Shown in pieces: positions 1 through 9,364 of a stretch of DNA of 64,000 nt (position 1 is its first letter; each line of letters opens with the position of its first letter). The stretch covers positions 352,001 to 416,000 of the forward strand of contig CAVTBR010000002.1 in the NCBI GenBank assembly GCA_963733055.1. The letters run 5' to 3'. Under the pieces are notes generated by a model, which was given only the letters and a program-made list of their open reading frames with translations, did not search any database and was not told the origin of the DNA. Position numbers and translations under genes: made by a program. The stretch is from Candidatus Bathyarchaeota archaeon (GTDB lineage: Archaea; Thermoproteota; Bathyarchaeia; 40CM-2-53-6).

Positions 1-680
1 GGTAGCGCCGTTGTGCCGGTGAGTGTTGTGTGCGCGCCTTCGCCGGGGGCTGCCGTGAGCGTGGCTTGTATGGAGCCTGAGGTGTCTGCAGGGAGAGTCT
101 CTGTGAATGCGCTGACCTGAACGGAGTGGTAAGTGACGGCGAGGTAGGAGCGCGAGGACACGGGGTAGGGAGCGAGGACTTGGATCAAGTCAATCGTGAC
201 AGCGAGGTGGTTTCCGGTCTTCAGAACGAACACTTCGACAGTTGGAGTCGTGTCAATTTCGGCCGTTCCGTCGTTGTATTTCCAGCTGACTGCCGGGACA
301 GTGCTGGTCATGGACCCGCTTCCGTGAATGAACGCAGGCTGAGGCGTGAACAGCGGGTAAGGGTTCGCATATTCTACGACGGCCGTGGCGCCGCTCCACA
401 AGGGCGCCTGGACGCCGCCGGACCCGTAGCTGACGTAGAGATCTGCGAGCCAAGTACGGACAACGCCTGACGTGAACAGGAAGCGGATCTGCGTGGGGGA
501 GCCGCCATAGGCGGTGTTGGTGAAGGCTGCGGGGAGCTGCTGACCCATGACCACTTGAGCGTTAGGTACTTCGGCGTAGTAAAACGCGGGCAGGTAGGTC
601 TGAACGCCCAACGCGAACAACCCCACCACCATCACTAGCATGGCTATTGTGACGAAGTTGTACTCAACCACCGTCTCCAT
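1..680 (-). CDS. Pilin-like / membrane-anchored surface protein (runs off left edge; absent from ORF track)
   Basis: ATG at 680 overlapping the stop of 664..1023; own translation METVVEYNFVTIAMLVMVVGLFALGVQTYLPAF... stays open to position 1; hydrophobic N-terminal helix, then S/T/V-rich beta-like region. Confidence 0.7.
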   Translation of the reverse strand, partial: METVVEYNFVTIAMLVMVVGLFALGVQTYLPAFYYAEVPNAQVVMGQQLPAAFTNTAYGGSPTQIRFLFTSGVVRTWLADLYVSYGSGGVQAPLWSGATAVVEYANPYPLFTPQPAFIHGSGSMTSTVPAVSWKYNDGTAEIDTTPTVEVFVLKTGNHLAVTIDLIQVLAPYPVSSRSYLAVTYHSVQVSAFTETLPADTSGSIQATLTAAPGEGAHTTLTGTTAL

Positions 681-1023
681 TTCTTTCTCCCTCCTTGGGT
701 TTGCGGTGATCGTTGATTAGCGCGTCCAACTCGTGCTGAATGAACAGGCTGCGGTTGATCCTTTTGAGCGCAGTCCATCTGAGTTGGTCAGCAAAGACGT
801 AGATGCTTCTCACGGTCGGTGGCTGCTTGGTGTGCACGAAGGGACTGACGGCGTGCGGCTCGCCGCCCATCAAGGCGTCGAATCTCTCCCTCACAAACGC
901 CGAGAAGTTCTTAACCAAGTCTGGGTGGGCGCGGAGAAGTTCGTGTTGGTCTCGACGTATGTGGACGGCCGCCGTTACCAGCTCGCGGCGCGACCTGATC
1001 CCCGCCCTCGCTTTCCGGTTCAT
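664..1023 (-). CDS. Hypothetical protein (119 aa)
   Basis: Chain of overlapping start/stop codons with neighbours (ATGA overlap at 1020-1023). Confidence 0.6.
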   Translation of the reverse strand: MNRKARAGIRSRRELVTAAVHIRRDQHELLRAHPDLVKNFSAFVRERFDALMGGEPHAVSPFVHTKQPPTVRSIYVFADQLRWTALKRINRSLFIQHELDALINDHRKPKEGERNGDGG

Positions 1024-1337
1024 GCGGCTGCCTCCTGTAGGCCGGAAGACAGCGCCCGCATGACGCTCTCAACTCGTTCCTCGTGGGTCTTTCCAAGCAC
1101 GCTGACCTGTGACACGTCGCCGCAGACCAGCCACCGCTCCCCCGGCCGCTCACGCAGCATGGTCAGGTTGCTTGCGCGCACTATGCGAAGTCGAGAGCGT
1201 GCTTGGTCTCTTTCGACTCCGATCCAGTCTAGATTTTCGTTCGTTTCGCACCGGAAGTAAGCCTCGATTACTGAGACGTATTTCTCAGCAGCCTTGCGGA
1301 TCTTGTCCGCCGTCTCCAGTGGTGCTTGTGCGCTCAT
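1020..1337 (-). CDS. Hypothetical protein (105 aa)
   Basis: ATGA overlaps at both ends; operon context. Confidence 0.65.
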   Translation of the reverse strand: MSAQAPLETADKIRKAAEKYVSVIEAYFRCETNENLDWIGVERDQARSRLRIVRASNLTMLRERPGERWLVCGDVSQVSVLGKTHEERVESVMRALSSGLQEAAA

Positions 1338-1762
1338 TCGCCCTCACCTATGGCCGCTGTCGATGCCAAGGCTACGGCGTCCGGCGTCGGGTCGAGAAGG
1401 TACTGACCTGTGACCTTGACTTCGTTGAACGTGACGAGGATCGGCATTCCATTGGGATAGCGGTAGGGCATCGAGAGCCTCTGAACTCGGACCTCGTAGT
1501 TCTCGGCGGGCTGCATCTCTACGGGCGCGTGCTTGCCAACGTAGCACTCCTTGCCGCTGTGCGGAGACTGCGGATCGTAGTGAACCGCGTACCAATATTG
1601 GTAGGGTGTGCCGGCTGAAGTTCGGACGGTCTTGAACCTGAAGTTGCAGATTAGCCCGCACTTTGGACAGTACTGAGGGCTCGAGTTCTTAGGCGGTCTC
1701 TTTCGGAGTTCCGGCTTCAGAACCGGGACTCTGCCGCCGTCCACTCCGATGCTTTTTCCCAT
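1334..1762 (-). CDS. Zn-ribbon, putative DNA-binding protein of mobile-element type
   Basis: CPKC plus YQYWYAVHY...KECYVGK pattern; first gene of the operon, preceded by AT-rich TATA-like CTTTTAAAAG near 1795-1804. Confidence 0.65.
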   Translation of the reverse strand: MGKSIGVDGGRVPVLKPELRKRPPKNSSPQYCPKCGLICNFRFKTVRTSAGTPYQYWYAVHYDPQSPHSGKECYVGKHAPVEMQPAENYEVRVQRLSMPYRYPNGMPILVTFNEVKVTGQYLLDPTPDAVALASTAAIGEGE

Positions 1763-1907
1763 CGCTTTTCCCCTAATAATATATTGTTAGAACCCTTTTA
1801 AAGAGCCATACCCGCCCGCCAACTACTCAGCGTAGTTTGTGAAAGGTTTAGATAAGGACGGAAGACCGGATTTGGAGTCCGTTTCCTATGCTAAAGATCG
1901 GCGTTCA

Positions 1908-2786
1908 TCATGTCGGCTTCCAATCAGACTTGACTTGGGATTTAATGGTCCGTTTGATCTCTTCGTTGTCCCAGCCCTCGAGAAACTGGTTCAGGAACGC
2001 CGGCCCCCTGCTCGACCACTCGCTCGGGTCAGTTTCTAGATCGTAAGTCGAAAAACTATTCATCGCCGTGAGAAGTTTCGAAACGAGCTCGCTCAATTCC
2101 GTGTCTAGTTCCTGAATGAGGTTCTTCCTGAAGAACGACCAACGCGACTTCAGCGACAGCGAGAGCACGAAGATCGTGAGCTGCTCCTCAAGCTCCTCCA
2201 CCTTCAGAAGCTTGAAGCCGGCGTCCGCCACCGCGTCTCTCACGGTGCAGAGCCTGATTACGTCCACCAGCTCATCAAGGTCGTAGAACGAGGGCGGGTT
2301 CTGGTAGACCATCTTGGGAATTTCGTTGAGTTGCGCTGGGTCAACGGCGGGTAACGGACCGGCCGGCAGGGTGGCTGGCGACAGCAGGATCCGTATTTGA
2401 TAGCCGAAGCTCGCAGGGAAGAAGTAGAAGTAGGCAGCGCAGACGGCGACCACAACCACTCCCCAGAAGATTGTCAAGCCCGGATTGGGGTTGAGCGCCT
2501 GCCCGTAGAGCGAGCTGGCAAGCATGCCGCCACCGATGCCGATGCCCACAGTCAGGATGTATGGAATGGCTATGAGACGCTTGTTATTGAGAGCCTCAAG
2601 AGCTCTTCCCAGCATGGCAGTTTGGCTTGCCGTCCATTCCAGCAGAACCTCGGGAGCGGTCGAAGGTTTGCCCCTTTGTGGCCGCTTCAACGGGCCAGAA
2701 GTACAGTACGGCCACGTGTCCACATCCCATATGCGTTTCGACAGAACCGCCTCTTTAGAAAACGGAATCAATTGAGGCAACGCCAC
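1908..2786 (-). CDS. Membrane protein, two TM helices (292 aa)
   Basis: Long ORF with two hydrophobic segments. Confidence 0.7.
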   Translation of the reverse strand: MALPQLIPFSKEAVLSKRIWDVDTWPYCTSGPLKRPQRGKPSTAPEVLLEWTASQTAMLGRALEALNNKRLIAIPYILTVGIGIGGGMLASSLYGQALNPNPGLTIFWGVVVVAVCAAYFYFFPASFGYQIRILLSPATLPAGPLPAVDPAQLNEIPKMVYQNPPSFYDLDELVDVIRLCTVRDAVADAGFKLLKVEELEEQLTIFVLSLSLKSRWSFFRKNLIQELDTELSELVSKLLTAMNSFSTYDLETDPSEWSSRGPAFLNQFLEGWDNEEIKRTIKSQVKSDWKPT

Positions 2787-2919
2787 TGCCTACACCTCCA
2801 TACGCAAACCCGTTAGACAGCGGGACGTCACGCGAGGAAATATGCCCTTCCTTTTTTCGCCTCCGCCTAAAACAGAAGCGATAAATCGGTAGGAGCCGCT
2901 GCTCTCTGTCTGATCTCAG

Positions 2920-3288
2920 TTGGGTCGGGGAAGAAATCCAAGGAAATTCAGCGCGAGACGCAGCATTGGCCACAGCGTTCTTGACAAGAAACCCCGGCCC
3001 GAGAAGCTCACCAACAAAGAGAGTTTCAAAGTCAAGGTGTTGGGACGCGAGGTTTACGGCACCGAAGGGAAGAAGACCGTATCCCCCGTGCCCGCCAAAC
3101 AAAGCACCGAGGAGTCCGGAGAAGGCGGCATCCAAGTGGACCCGACCAAGCCTTCAGTCGCTGTGGCAGGGAAGAAGACGACCAAGAAGACGCTTGAATT
3201 CAAGCAATCAGACTCGAAATCAACTCCGCCACCCTCAACAAACACCGGAAACACGGGCCAATCCCAAACCTCCTCCACAACTCAGTAA
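2920..3288 (+). CDS. Hypothetical K/S/T-rich low-complexity protein
   Basis: ORF with biased composition; no recognised family. Confidence 0.35.
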   Translation: MGRGRNPRKFSARRSIGHSVLDKKPRPEKLTNKESFKVKVLGREVYGTEGKKTVSPVPAKQSTEESGEGGIQVDPTKPSVAVAGKKTTKKTLEFKQSDSKSTPPPSTNTGNTGQSQTSSTTQ

Positions 3289-3980
3289 GAACGAGCCACT
3301 CTCTCGACTACTCTGAGAATCCAGTCCTCAAGACTACTAACCGTCCATTCTTAACAATCATTCAGCTGGGGAGAGTGTTCCTGGTTCTTTTGATTGCGGT
3401 AGTTCGAGAGACTATCTCTGATTTGATTTTAGAAGACTCCAAGGAATAGAGAAGGAGAACAAAGAGAGAAGAATCTTAGAAGGTTGCGGTAGTTAGTACA
3501 AGCATAATCATCAAGCAGCTTCCGGTTCCGCAGGCCGCACAGGTCCCTCGTCCTCAGAGCAACTAGGATACCGCAACAAGCATCCCACCCGGCAGCCTAC
3601 GACCCCCCAAACAAGGGAGGCTTAACAAGCATAGCCCAAATCCGAGCGAAGCGAGACCGCGTATACCGCGGGGTCCTCCGAAGCCACACAAGCCAAGCCC
3701 AATTCTAGTTGATTAAGCCTCGAACGGACTTAAACGCCCCCGGACTGGCGGGGTCTTACCTTGCGTGTTACGGGTAAGAGAGCCGGATCAATTAACCCAC
3801 GAGGCCCCACAACCAAGCGTCGCCCCCCTCAAACGGCCGCCCTCGACACCGTCAACTCGCCTCCGCCAACAACCTCGCCACCACTCCGACCTCTCAATCC
3901 AAACTTCGCCTCCCGCCATGACTCAACCCCGCCTATCGCCTCCACCCACGAATGCAAAGTGTGGGGAGAGTTTGAAGGGT

Positions 3981-4358
3981 GTTAGTCAATGACTAGGTCA
4001 CGGACGGCGCTGCGAGAGTGGCGCTATTTCAGCAGGCCGACTTCTATCAGCCAGTAGAGGACCACGAGAAGCACCACGCCGACCGCCGCAACTACCGCGT
4101 ACACTGACAGCCGACGCCTCGGACGCTCCAAATAAGGCGAATTCCGAGCCACACAACCCCCTCACTCTTTCCTGCTCGGCATGGACAAAATAAACCGTGC
4201 AGGCGAAAGCGCCCACCAACGTGCGGGGAGAGTCCTGCGGATTGTTAGTCAATGAGAGACGCCACACCAGCCCGCAGGCAGAGAACAACTCCAAACTGTT
4301 AGTCGCTGACAGACCACCTAGCGGAAGGCGTAGTTAGTCAAGGACAGTTAGTCAATGA
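3981..4358 (+). repeat. Five imperfect 12-bp direct repeats GTTAGTCAATGA (iteron-like)
   Basis: Copies at 3981, 4244, 4298 (GTTAGTCGCTGA), 4333 (GTTAGTCAAGGA) and 4347. Confidence 0.8.
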
Positions 4359-4424
4359 AACCAACCCCCCACAACACACCAAAAGAGACCCAGGAAACCC
4401 CCAAACAAACAGGGAAAAACCAGC

Positions 4425-4523
4425 AGGGCTGCAACCTACCAAACCACAAACCCTCCCCACTAAGAGGCGAAATCAGGGCTGCACGAGCTCGGAGGAGGGT
4501 TGCAGCGGAAACCTAGGGCTGGA
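4425..4523 (+). repeat. Four imperfect 9-bp direct repeats AGGGCTGCA
   Basis: Copies at 4425, 4475, 4496 (AGGGTTGCA) and 4515 (AGGGCTGGA). Confidence 0.7.
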
Positions 4524-4536
4524 CACGAAAATTGTG

Positions 4537-5076
4537 TTACTGTTTCGAGAGAATCTTCCAGGTGAGGTTGGCGAAGTGGCCCAGGGTGGGCAAAAGCACT
4601 ACGTCGGCGATAGCGAGGCCGACAACGTCAGGACCGAACATCCTAGGATAAAACAAGAGGAGCAAGACGATCGCGGTCACCACCACGGAAATGCCGACAA
4701 GGGCCCCCAGCAGTTCCTTCAAGCGCTTCCGGCGCTTCTTGCGCAACTGCCTGCGCCTAGCCCTATCCTCCGAACGCTCCCCGAAATGCCCCCGAGCGTA
4801 AGCTGTAGTATGGACCTCCCTAGCGAACATAATTCGTTCAAGACACTCCTGCGCGAGGAGGACGACGCCGACCCCGATGAGCGCGCCCGCAATCACGGCG
4901 ACGCCCACCGGGCCCAGGCTGAGGGCCGGGACCAAAGCGCCAAAAACCGTGAGCAACAAACCTCCGACCACGCACGCCACGTTGAAAGCCATCACTGGAC
5001 GCCTGAGAAACTGCGATCCGCACACGCCGATCTTCCGCTCCCCGCTCATGCTGCTCGTTCCCGCGGAGCAAATCAT
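4537..5076 (-). CDS. Membrane protein (about 4 TM)
   Basis: Hydrophobic helices flanking a basic loop; start may be downstream (MAFNVA...). Confidence 0.6.
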   Translation of the reverse strand: MICSAGTSSMSGERKIGVCGSQFLRRPVMAFNVACVVGGLLLTVFGALVPALSLGPVGVAVIAGALIGVGVVLLAQECLERIMFAREVHTTAYARGHFGERSEDRARRRQLRKKRRKRLKELLGALVGISVVVTAIVLLLLFYPRMFGPDVVGLAIADVVLLPTLGHFANLTWKILSKQ

Positions 5077-5166
5077 GCCCCGGCCGTTCTAATTTCACTT
5101 GCGCACCGACCACCCCAACGCCGCAACCACTAAATCCGATCCCCCACACCTCACGCAGGATAAGGA

Positions 5167-5652
5167 ATGGCGGAAAAAGCGGACTTGCGGGCATCCATCC
5201 GGATGATGCCCACACGCCTCTCACTGAGACTCCTTCAGCCCGTGAAGCTCGCCCCGCTGCTCGTGAGCGAACACTACATGCTCCGGCTGAAATTGGAAAA
5301 CATGCGCTACCAAACCCTGAAAGACGTGAGAGTCTCAACTAAGACCTGGGTCAAGATCGCGGGGAAAAACACGCCCTTCAAAGAAACTCTCGACTTCGGC
5401 GACATCTCAGCGAGAGACACGGTCGAGCGCACCTGGGGGCCGTACCTCATGAGGGAGCAGGGCTCATCCGACGTCGTAGTCGCTTGGGCGAAGGCGAGCG
5501 GCAAGTCCCTCACAATCCTCTACGAAAACCGCCCCAGCCGAACGTGGCTTCACACCTACGACGCGGAACCCTGGAGCTCAATTGTGCAAAGGCTTGTGGG
5601 CGTCATCACCTTCATCACGCTCATGCTCACCATACTCAAGCTACTGTGGTGA
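5167..5652 (+). CDS. Hypothetical protein with Ig-like beta region and C-terminal TM anchor
   Basis: ATG start; beta-rich body; hydrophobic C-terminus. Confidence 0.65.
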   Translation: MAEKADLRASIRMMPTRLSLRLLQPVKLAPLLVSEHYMLRLKLENMRYQTLKDVRVSTKTWVKIAGKNTPFKETLDFGDISARDTVERTWGPYLMREQGSSDVVVAWAKASGKSLTILYENRPSRTWLHTYDAEPWSSIVQRLVGVITFITLMLTILKLLW

Positions 5653-5674
5653 CAGACCCGTCGAAGCAACGGAC

Positions 5675-5962
5675 CTAATCGCGATTAGTGAGGAAAGCAA
5701 CGAACGCGCCGGCGAACATCACGACGCCTTCCATGGCGAGCAGAAAGTAGCAGGTGTTCGGATCCGTTTTGGCGATGAACACCCACGGATCCAAATTGAA
5801 CCCGGCCGAGAGCGGACTGAGCGCCCTCGCATAGACCCCCCACAGAACCCACACGGCATCGCAGACAACGCCCACCAACACCCAGTAGACCGGATACCAA
5901 CCCCTCACTGTCACGGCGACCACGGCGCGCCAGAGGCCAACAGTAGCGGCTCGAGAGATCAA
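5675..5962 (-). CDS. Small membrane protein (95 aa)
   Basis: Start overlaps the stop of 5959..7017; hydrophobic. Confidence 0.5.
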   Translation of the reverse strand: MISRAATVGLWRAVVAVTVRGWYPVYWVLVGVVCDAVWVLWGVYARALSPLSAGFNLDPWVFIAKTDPNTCYFLLAMEGVVMFAGAFVAFLTNRD

Positions 5963-7017
5963 GCGAACTGCCTCCCGTCCGGCTTCGCCAAATCTTCATG
6001 CAGGGTTGGCTGGGTCGGTGTCGATCCGTTCGAGCCAAGCAACGCCTGCTCCAACTCTAGTCTCCTAGTCTCAAGTTCAAGTCTCCTATTCTCAAGATCG
6101 ATGAGCTGCTCCAACAGCCCAGCGACCTTCCTGAGTTCTCCGCTGATTCTTCCGTGCGCCCTCTCCGTCGCCTCGTTGCCGCTGATCACTTCCTTCACGA
6201 AGCGCTTGGCCCAGGGCGGCGTCGACTCCCACGTCTCCAAACTTTCCGGATGACTGCCATCGGCTCCTATAACGAGGCCCAAGGACGACTTGTAGTGCGT
6301 GTTCTTGAAGGGCGTCACGGGCCCGATGGGAAACGTGCAGTGCCTGCTGGCCGCCTCCTCCAGCATGTCCCCCACGAAACCAACGATCAGCTTATGGGAC
6401 GCCAACGGCGCGTTCTGGGGGAGGAGCTGGGCGAAGGCGAGCTCCGCCGAGTTCGTGAACGCCAACATATTCATAGGCCTGGTCATGCGCACCCTGCAAG
6501 TCTCCGACTTCGGGAAAACGTAAATGACGACGTCCGACGACCGGAAACACCACTGACGATTCCGATTGACCGATCTGTACCAGACGCCGAAGCCCGACCG
6601 GCCCGCCGACACCAACCGCAACCGCTCGATAAGCTCCGCCGGGACATGGCCGACAAACTCCGCGTGATGACTTGAGGGTAGGACTGTTAGGGCGTGTCCA
6701 TTTTTCGTAACGGTCGGCGGGTTCTCGACGGTTCGCAGCCATTTCGTGTAGTCGTGCTTGACCTTCCTCACCCAGCCGCCATACTCTCTGTAGGGCAGTT
6801 TCAGGTAGGAGCATGCGGATTTGGCGCTTGAGTGAGGGTATTCGCGGAAGTACCGGAGCATGGCTTCCTTAATCTGGTTGTTTTGACGTCGGCTCCGCCG
6901 GGGCGTTACATCTGTTACGTAACGGTCAGCCTTTGTTGGGTTCGGGGATGCAAACGTGTTCACCATCGCCTCCTCCTTGACCGCGCTTCCGTTCACGTCG
7001 TGCGGTTTAGAACTCAA
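5959..7017 (-). CDS. HTH-containing protein with C-terminal coiled coil (possible replication/regulatory protein)
   Basis: N-terminal helix-turn-helix-like segment, DGSHPESLE motif, LE-rich heptads; coupled to 7014..7601. Confidence 0.7.
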   Translation of the reverse strand: MSSKPHDVNGSAVKEEAMVNTFASPNPTKADRYVTDVTPRRSRRQNNQIKEAMLRYFREYPHSSAKSACSYLKLPYREYGGWVRKVKHDYTKWLRTVENPPTVTKNGHALTVLPSSHHAEFVGHVPAELIERLRLVSAGRSGFGVWYRSVNRNRQWCFRSSDVVIYVFPKSETCRVRMTRPMNMLAFTNSAELAFAQLLPQNAPLASHKLIVGFVGDMLEEAASRHCTFPIGPVTPFKNTHYKSSLGLVIGADGSHPESLETWESTPPWAKRFVKEVISGNEATERAHGRISGELRKVAGLLEQLIDLENRRLELETRRLELEQALLGSNGSTPTQPTLHEDLAKPDGRQFA

Positions 7018-7601
7018 TGGCCTTCACTTCCTTCGACGGACGTCAAGATGTGCGGGATTGGAACGGCGACGCTTTCGGTGTGGTAACGGGTTAGGGGCGA
7101 CGCAGCAGCGTTTTTCGCTACGACGATTTTGAAGCCACCGAAGTCAGACCGAGCTAGAGAGAGCCAGTTGTTCTTGTTCTTCAACCAGGCCCTGACGAGG
7201 GCAGGCCAAGGCAGGAGATAGCATCGCCTGCTCCCTTGGATCATGTATGCTACGTAGTCGTATGCGGTCACCGACTTTCTTATCCAGCCGGGCGTTGCAA
7301 GTTCCCGCACCGACAGGTATTCCAGAAGAACGTCGTTCCACGCGCCCTCTCGGACAATCTCATTGACCCGCAGAACGTCCCCGTCTGCGAGGCGGATATA
7401 GCGGTCAATACCCCCACTCCGTATATCTTCGTCACGGTCGTAGGGCGCCCTCACCATTCTTGTCAGCGAAGGAAACGCCTGCGTGTAGATTCTATCCCAA
7501 ATCGCGTCGTCAACGAAGCGGGTACCCTTTTTGAGCGAGTTGTGGTACTCGTGAATTCTCAGTGTGGGTGCGGTCAATGCTTCTCCACCTCGTTGCCCCA
7601 C
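7014..7601 (-). CDS. PD-(D/E)XK-like protein associated with MT-A70 (catalytic motif looks degenerate)
   Basis: GGIDRYI...VNEIVR...DVLLE...PGWI...YDYVAY...CYLLP pattern recalled from phage proteins next to MT-A70 genes. Confidence 0.65.
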   Translation of the reverse strand: MGQRGGEALTAPTLRIHEYHNSLKKGTRFVDDAIWDRIYTQAFPSLTRMVRAPYDRDEDIRSGGIDRYIRLADGDVLRVNEIVREGAWNDVLLEYLSVRELATPGWIRKSVTAYDYVAYMIQGSRRCYLLPWPALVRAWLKNKNNWLSLARSDFGGFKIVVAKNAAASPLTRYHTESVAVPIPHILTSVEGSEGH

Positions 7602-8671
7602 GCCGCCCAGTTTTTCCGTGGACGACCGCGAGCGAATAGTTCGATTTTTTTCGCTGTTGGGTACATTGCCTCAATTAATTCGTAGACGATGGCGGGCTTC
7701 TCACTGTGATCGGTGCGTGATGACTCAAAGATTGAGGGTGGGCGAGCCGCCGGGTCGGGCGTCTGCGGATTCCCTCGGGTTCCGACCAAGAGGTATTCGT
7801 GCTGAATTCTGAAGTAATACCCCATTCCCACTTTGAGTTTGTTCCAAACAGCGCTTGTCTTGTAGGAGAAACCCCACCGTTGAAGCAGCTGTAGTCCTTC
7901 GATGAGTTTCGGGGGCGGAGTCCACAGGAACAGGACGCAGTCGTCCGCACAAATGTTCTCAACCGGTAACGCCGCGAGTTCTTCAAGTGTTTGAGTTGGA
8001 TAGTGATTTTCGATCACTCTCGTATTGGACTTTCCGAACGTGTAAGCATATGGCGGATCCGCAAGTATGATGTTGAATTTGCCGTTCGGCAGTGACGGCG
8101 TCTTGTCTTTCAGTTCGTACCGAATTAATTCCTGTTTCGCAATTATGAGCTTCTTTTTGCCGGACCTGACTTCCTGCGCGAGATCCGGTCTAGCGGCTGC
8201 CAGCCGCTTGAAGTCGCTTACATAATGCTCATTCACACCGACGACTTTCGCCGCTCGATCCCTTGCCTTTCCAATCTCCTCAGGGTGTGGAACCGGTTCC
8301 CGCCCCTGCCGTTGCCTCTCTTTGGCTTCCCGTTCCAGGAGCGGAAGCATGTCGTAGGCAACCGCCGCCTTCTGGTCCGCCGTCAAATGTCTGCGTTCGA
8401 GGTTGAGAGACACGACGCGTTCAGTCAGTGACCCTGGACCACGCCACTCGACAAATTGTGGAGCTATTCCGAGTTCGGCACAGGCCCGGAGGCGGTTCTT
8501 TCCGTCAATGATTTTGCCGCCGAGCGTTTCTATCGGAACAAGCAACCCGTTCTTTTCGATACTTACCCTGAGCACTTGGTACTCGCTATCGGACATGGGC
8601 GGGAATAGCGCGCAGACCTCGTGAAGCTCCGGGGTCGGCGCACGCTTATACGAAAGTTCTGCTGATACCAT
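7574..8671 (-). CDS. ParB/Srx-like domain fused to MT-A70 family N6-adenine methyltransferase
   Basis: IIDGKNRLRAC and NLERRHLT (ParB-like); ADPPY, HYPT, VLFLWT, GYYFRIQHEYLLVG, HSEKP, ELFAR, WGNE (MT-A70). Confidence 0.92.
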   Translation of the reverse strand: MVSAELSYKRAPTPELHEVCALFPPMSDSEYQVLRVSIEKNGLLVPIETLGGKIIDGKNRLRACAELGIAPQFVEWRGPGSLTERVVSLNLERRHLTADQKAAVAYDMLPLLEREAKERQRQGREPVPHPEEIGKARDRAAKVVGVNEHYVSDFKRLAAARPDLAQEVRSGKKKLIIAKQELIRYELKDKTPSLPNGKFNIILADPPYAYTFGKSNTRVIENHYPTQTLEELAALPVENICADDCVLFLWTPPPKLIEGLQLLQRWGFSYKTSAVWNKLKVGMGYYFRIQHEYLLVGTRGNPQTPDPAARPPSIFESSRTDHSEKPAIVYELIEAMYPTAKKIELFARGRPRKNWAAWGNEVEKH

Positions 8672-8757
8672 TTTGGCTCACCGGCGTGGTGGGTTGGTGG
8701 CTCTGCCGCTCCGTGGTGGGTCTCAATCACACCGGGGCGGCGTCGCCATACTTCTCT

Positions 8758-9057
8758 TCAGCCCGCCTCCTTGAGCGGTCTCTCGCCGTTTTTCGTTCGA
8801 GTCTTCCTGACTCTTGACATGAGAAAGTACGTGTTGACTGATTTTGTGACTTCACGCAGTCGGCGCTCCAGTTGCTGTTTTTCTGCGAGCAGCTTCTCAA
8901 GCTCGGCGCGGGTGACGCCGGCCGCGTTGACCATACCGAGATACTTTTGACGAGTGATCGGCCGCTTCTTTTTCCGGTCGTAGCCCACGTATTCCACTTG
9001 GAACGCCGCCAGATACTTCTGGCCGGGTCCGACCTTTCGAACGTAAACGTATGGCAT
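8758..9057 (-). CDS. Small basic protein with coiled coil (putative DNA-binding)
   Basis: YVYVRK...KYL...YD...KYLG beta-sheet-like motif then coiled coil; GGAGG upstream; heads the MT-A70 operon. Confidence 0.65.
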   Translation of the reverse strand: MPYVYVRKVGPGQKYLAAFQVEYVGYDRKKKRPITRQKYLGMVNAAGVTRAELEKLLAEKQQLERRLREVTKSVNTYFLMSRVRKTRTKNGERPLKEAG

Positions 9058-9130
9058 CAGTCTGTTCCCTCCGCCGCCCGGTTCTCTGGCGCTTCCATTG
9101 CACTTACACTCCGTATACCCTCCCGCGGAG

Positions 9131-9331
9131 CTCTTTTAAAGACCAACAATTAGACTATAGTTCTTAATGTGTTCTTAATTTTGCCAGTGTTCTTACTAAG
9201 TTCTTACCAGTATTCACCAGTGCTGGTAGTGCTGGCTCGCTAGACGCGAAAATGAAACTGTGACCGCGCGCCACCCTATGTATCTTACTTAGCCCTTAAA
9301 CTCATCGAAAAATCATCGCTATGTATCTTAC
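9131..9331 (-). promoter_or_regulatory. TATA-like box plus repeated operator-like motifs upstream of the MT-A70 operon
   Basis: CTTTTAAAG near 9133; GTTCTTA at 9160, 9171, 9189 and 9200; CTATGTATCTTAC at 9276 and 9319. Confidence 0.55.
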
Positions 9332-9364
9332 GCAGTGCTTAATTGAAATACGTTCGGATGTCAG

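Noticed and set aside
3981-4358. GTTAGTCAATGA repeats as a CRISPR array
   Set aside because: Repeats are only 12 bp with irregular spacing (14-263 bp) and no cas genes are present
733-6675. Plus-strand ORFs 733..1260, 1109..1618, 4534..5133, 5582..6253 and 6154..6675
   Set aside because: Antisense to translationally coupled or TM-patterned minus-strand genes; composition typical of shadow frames
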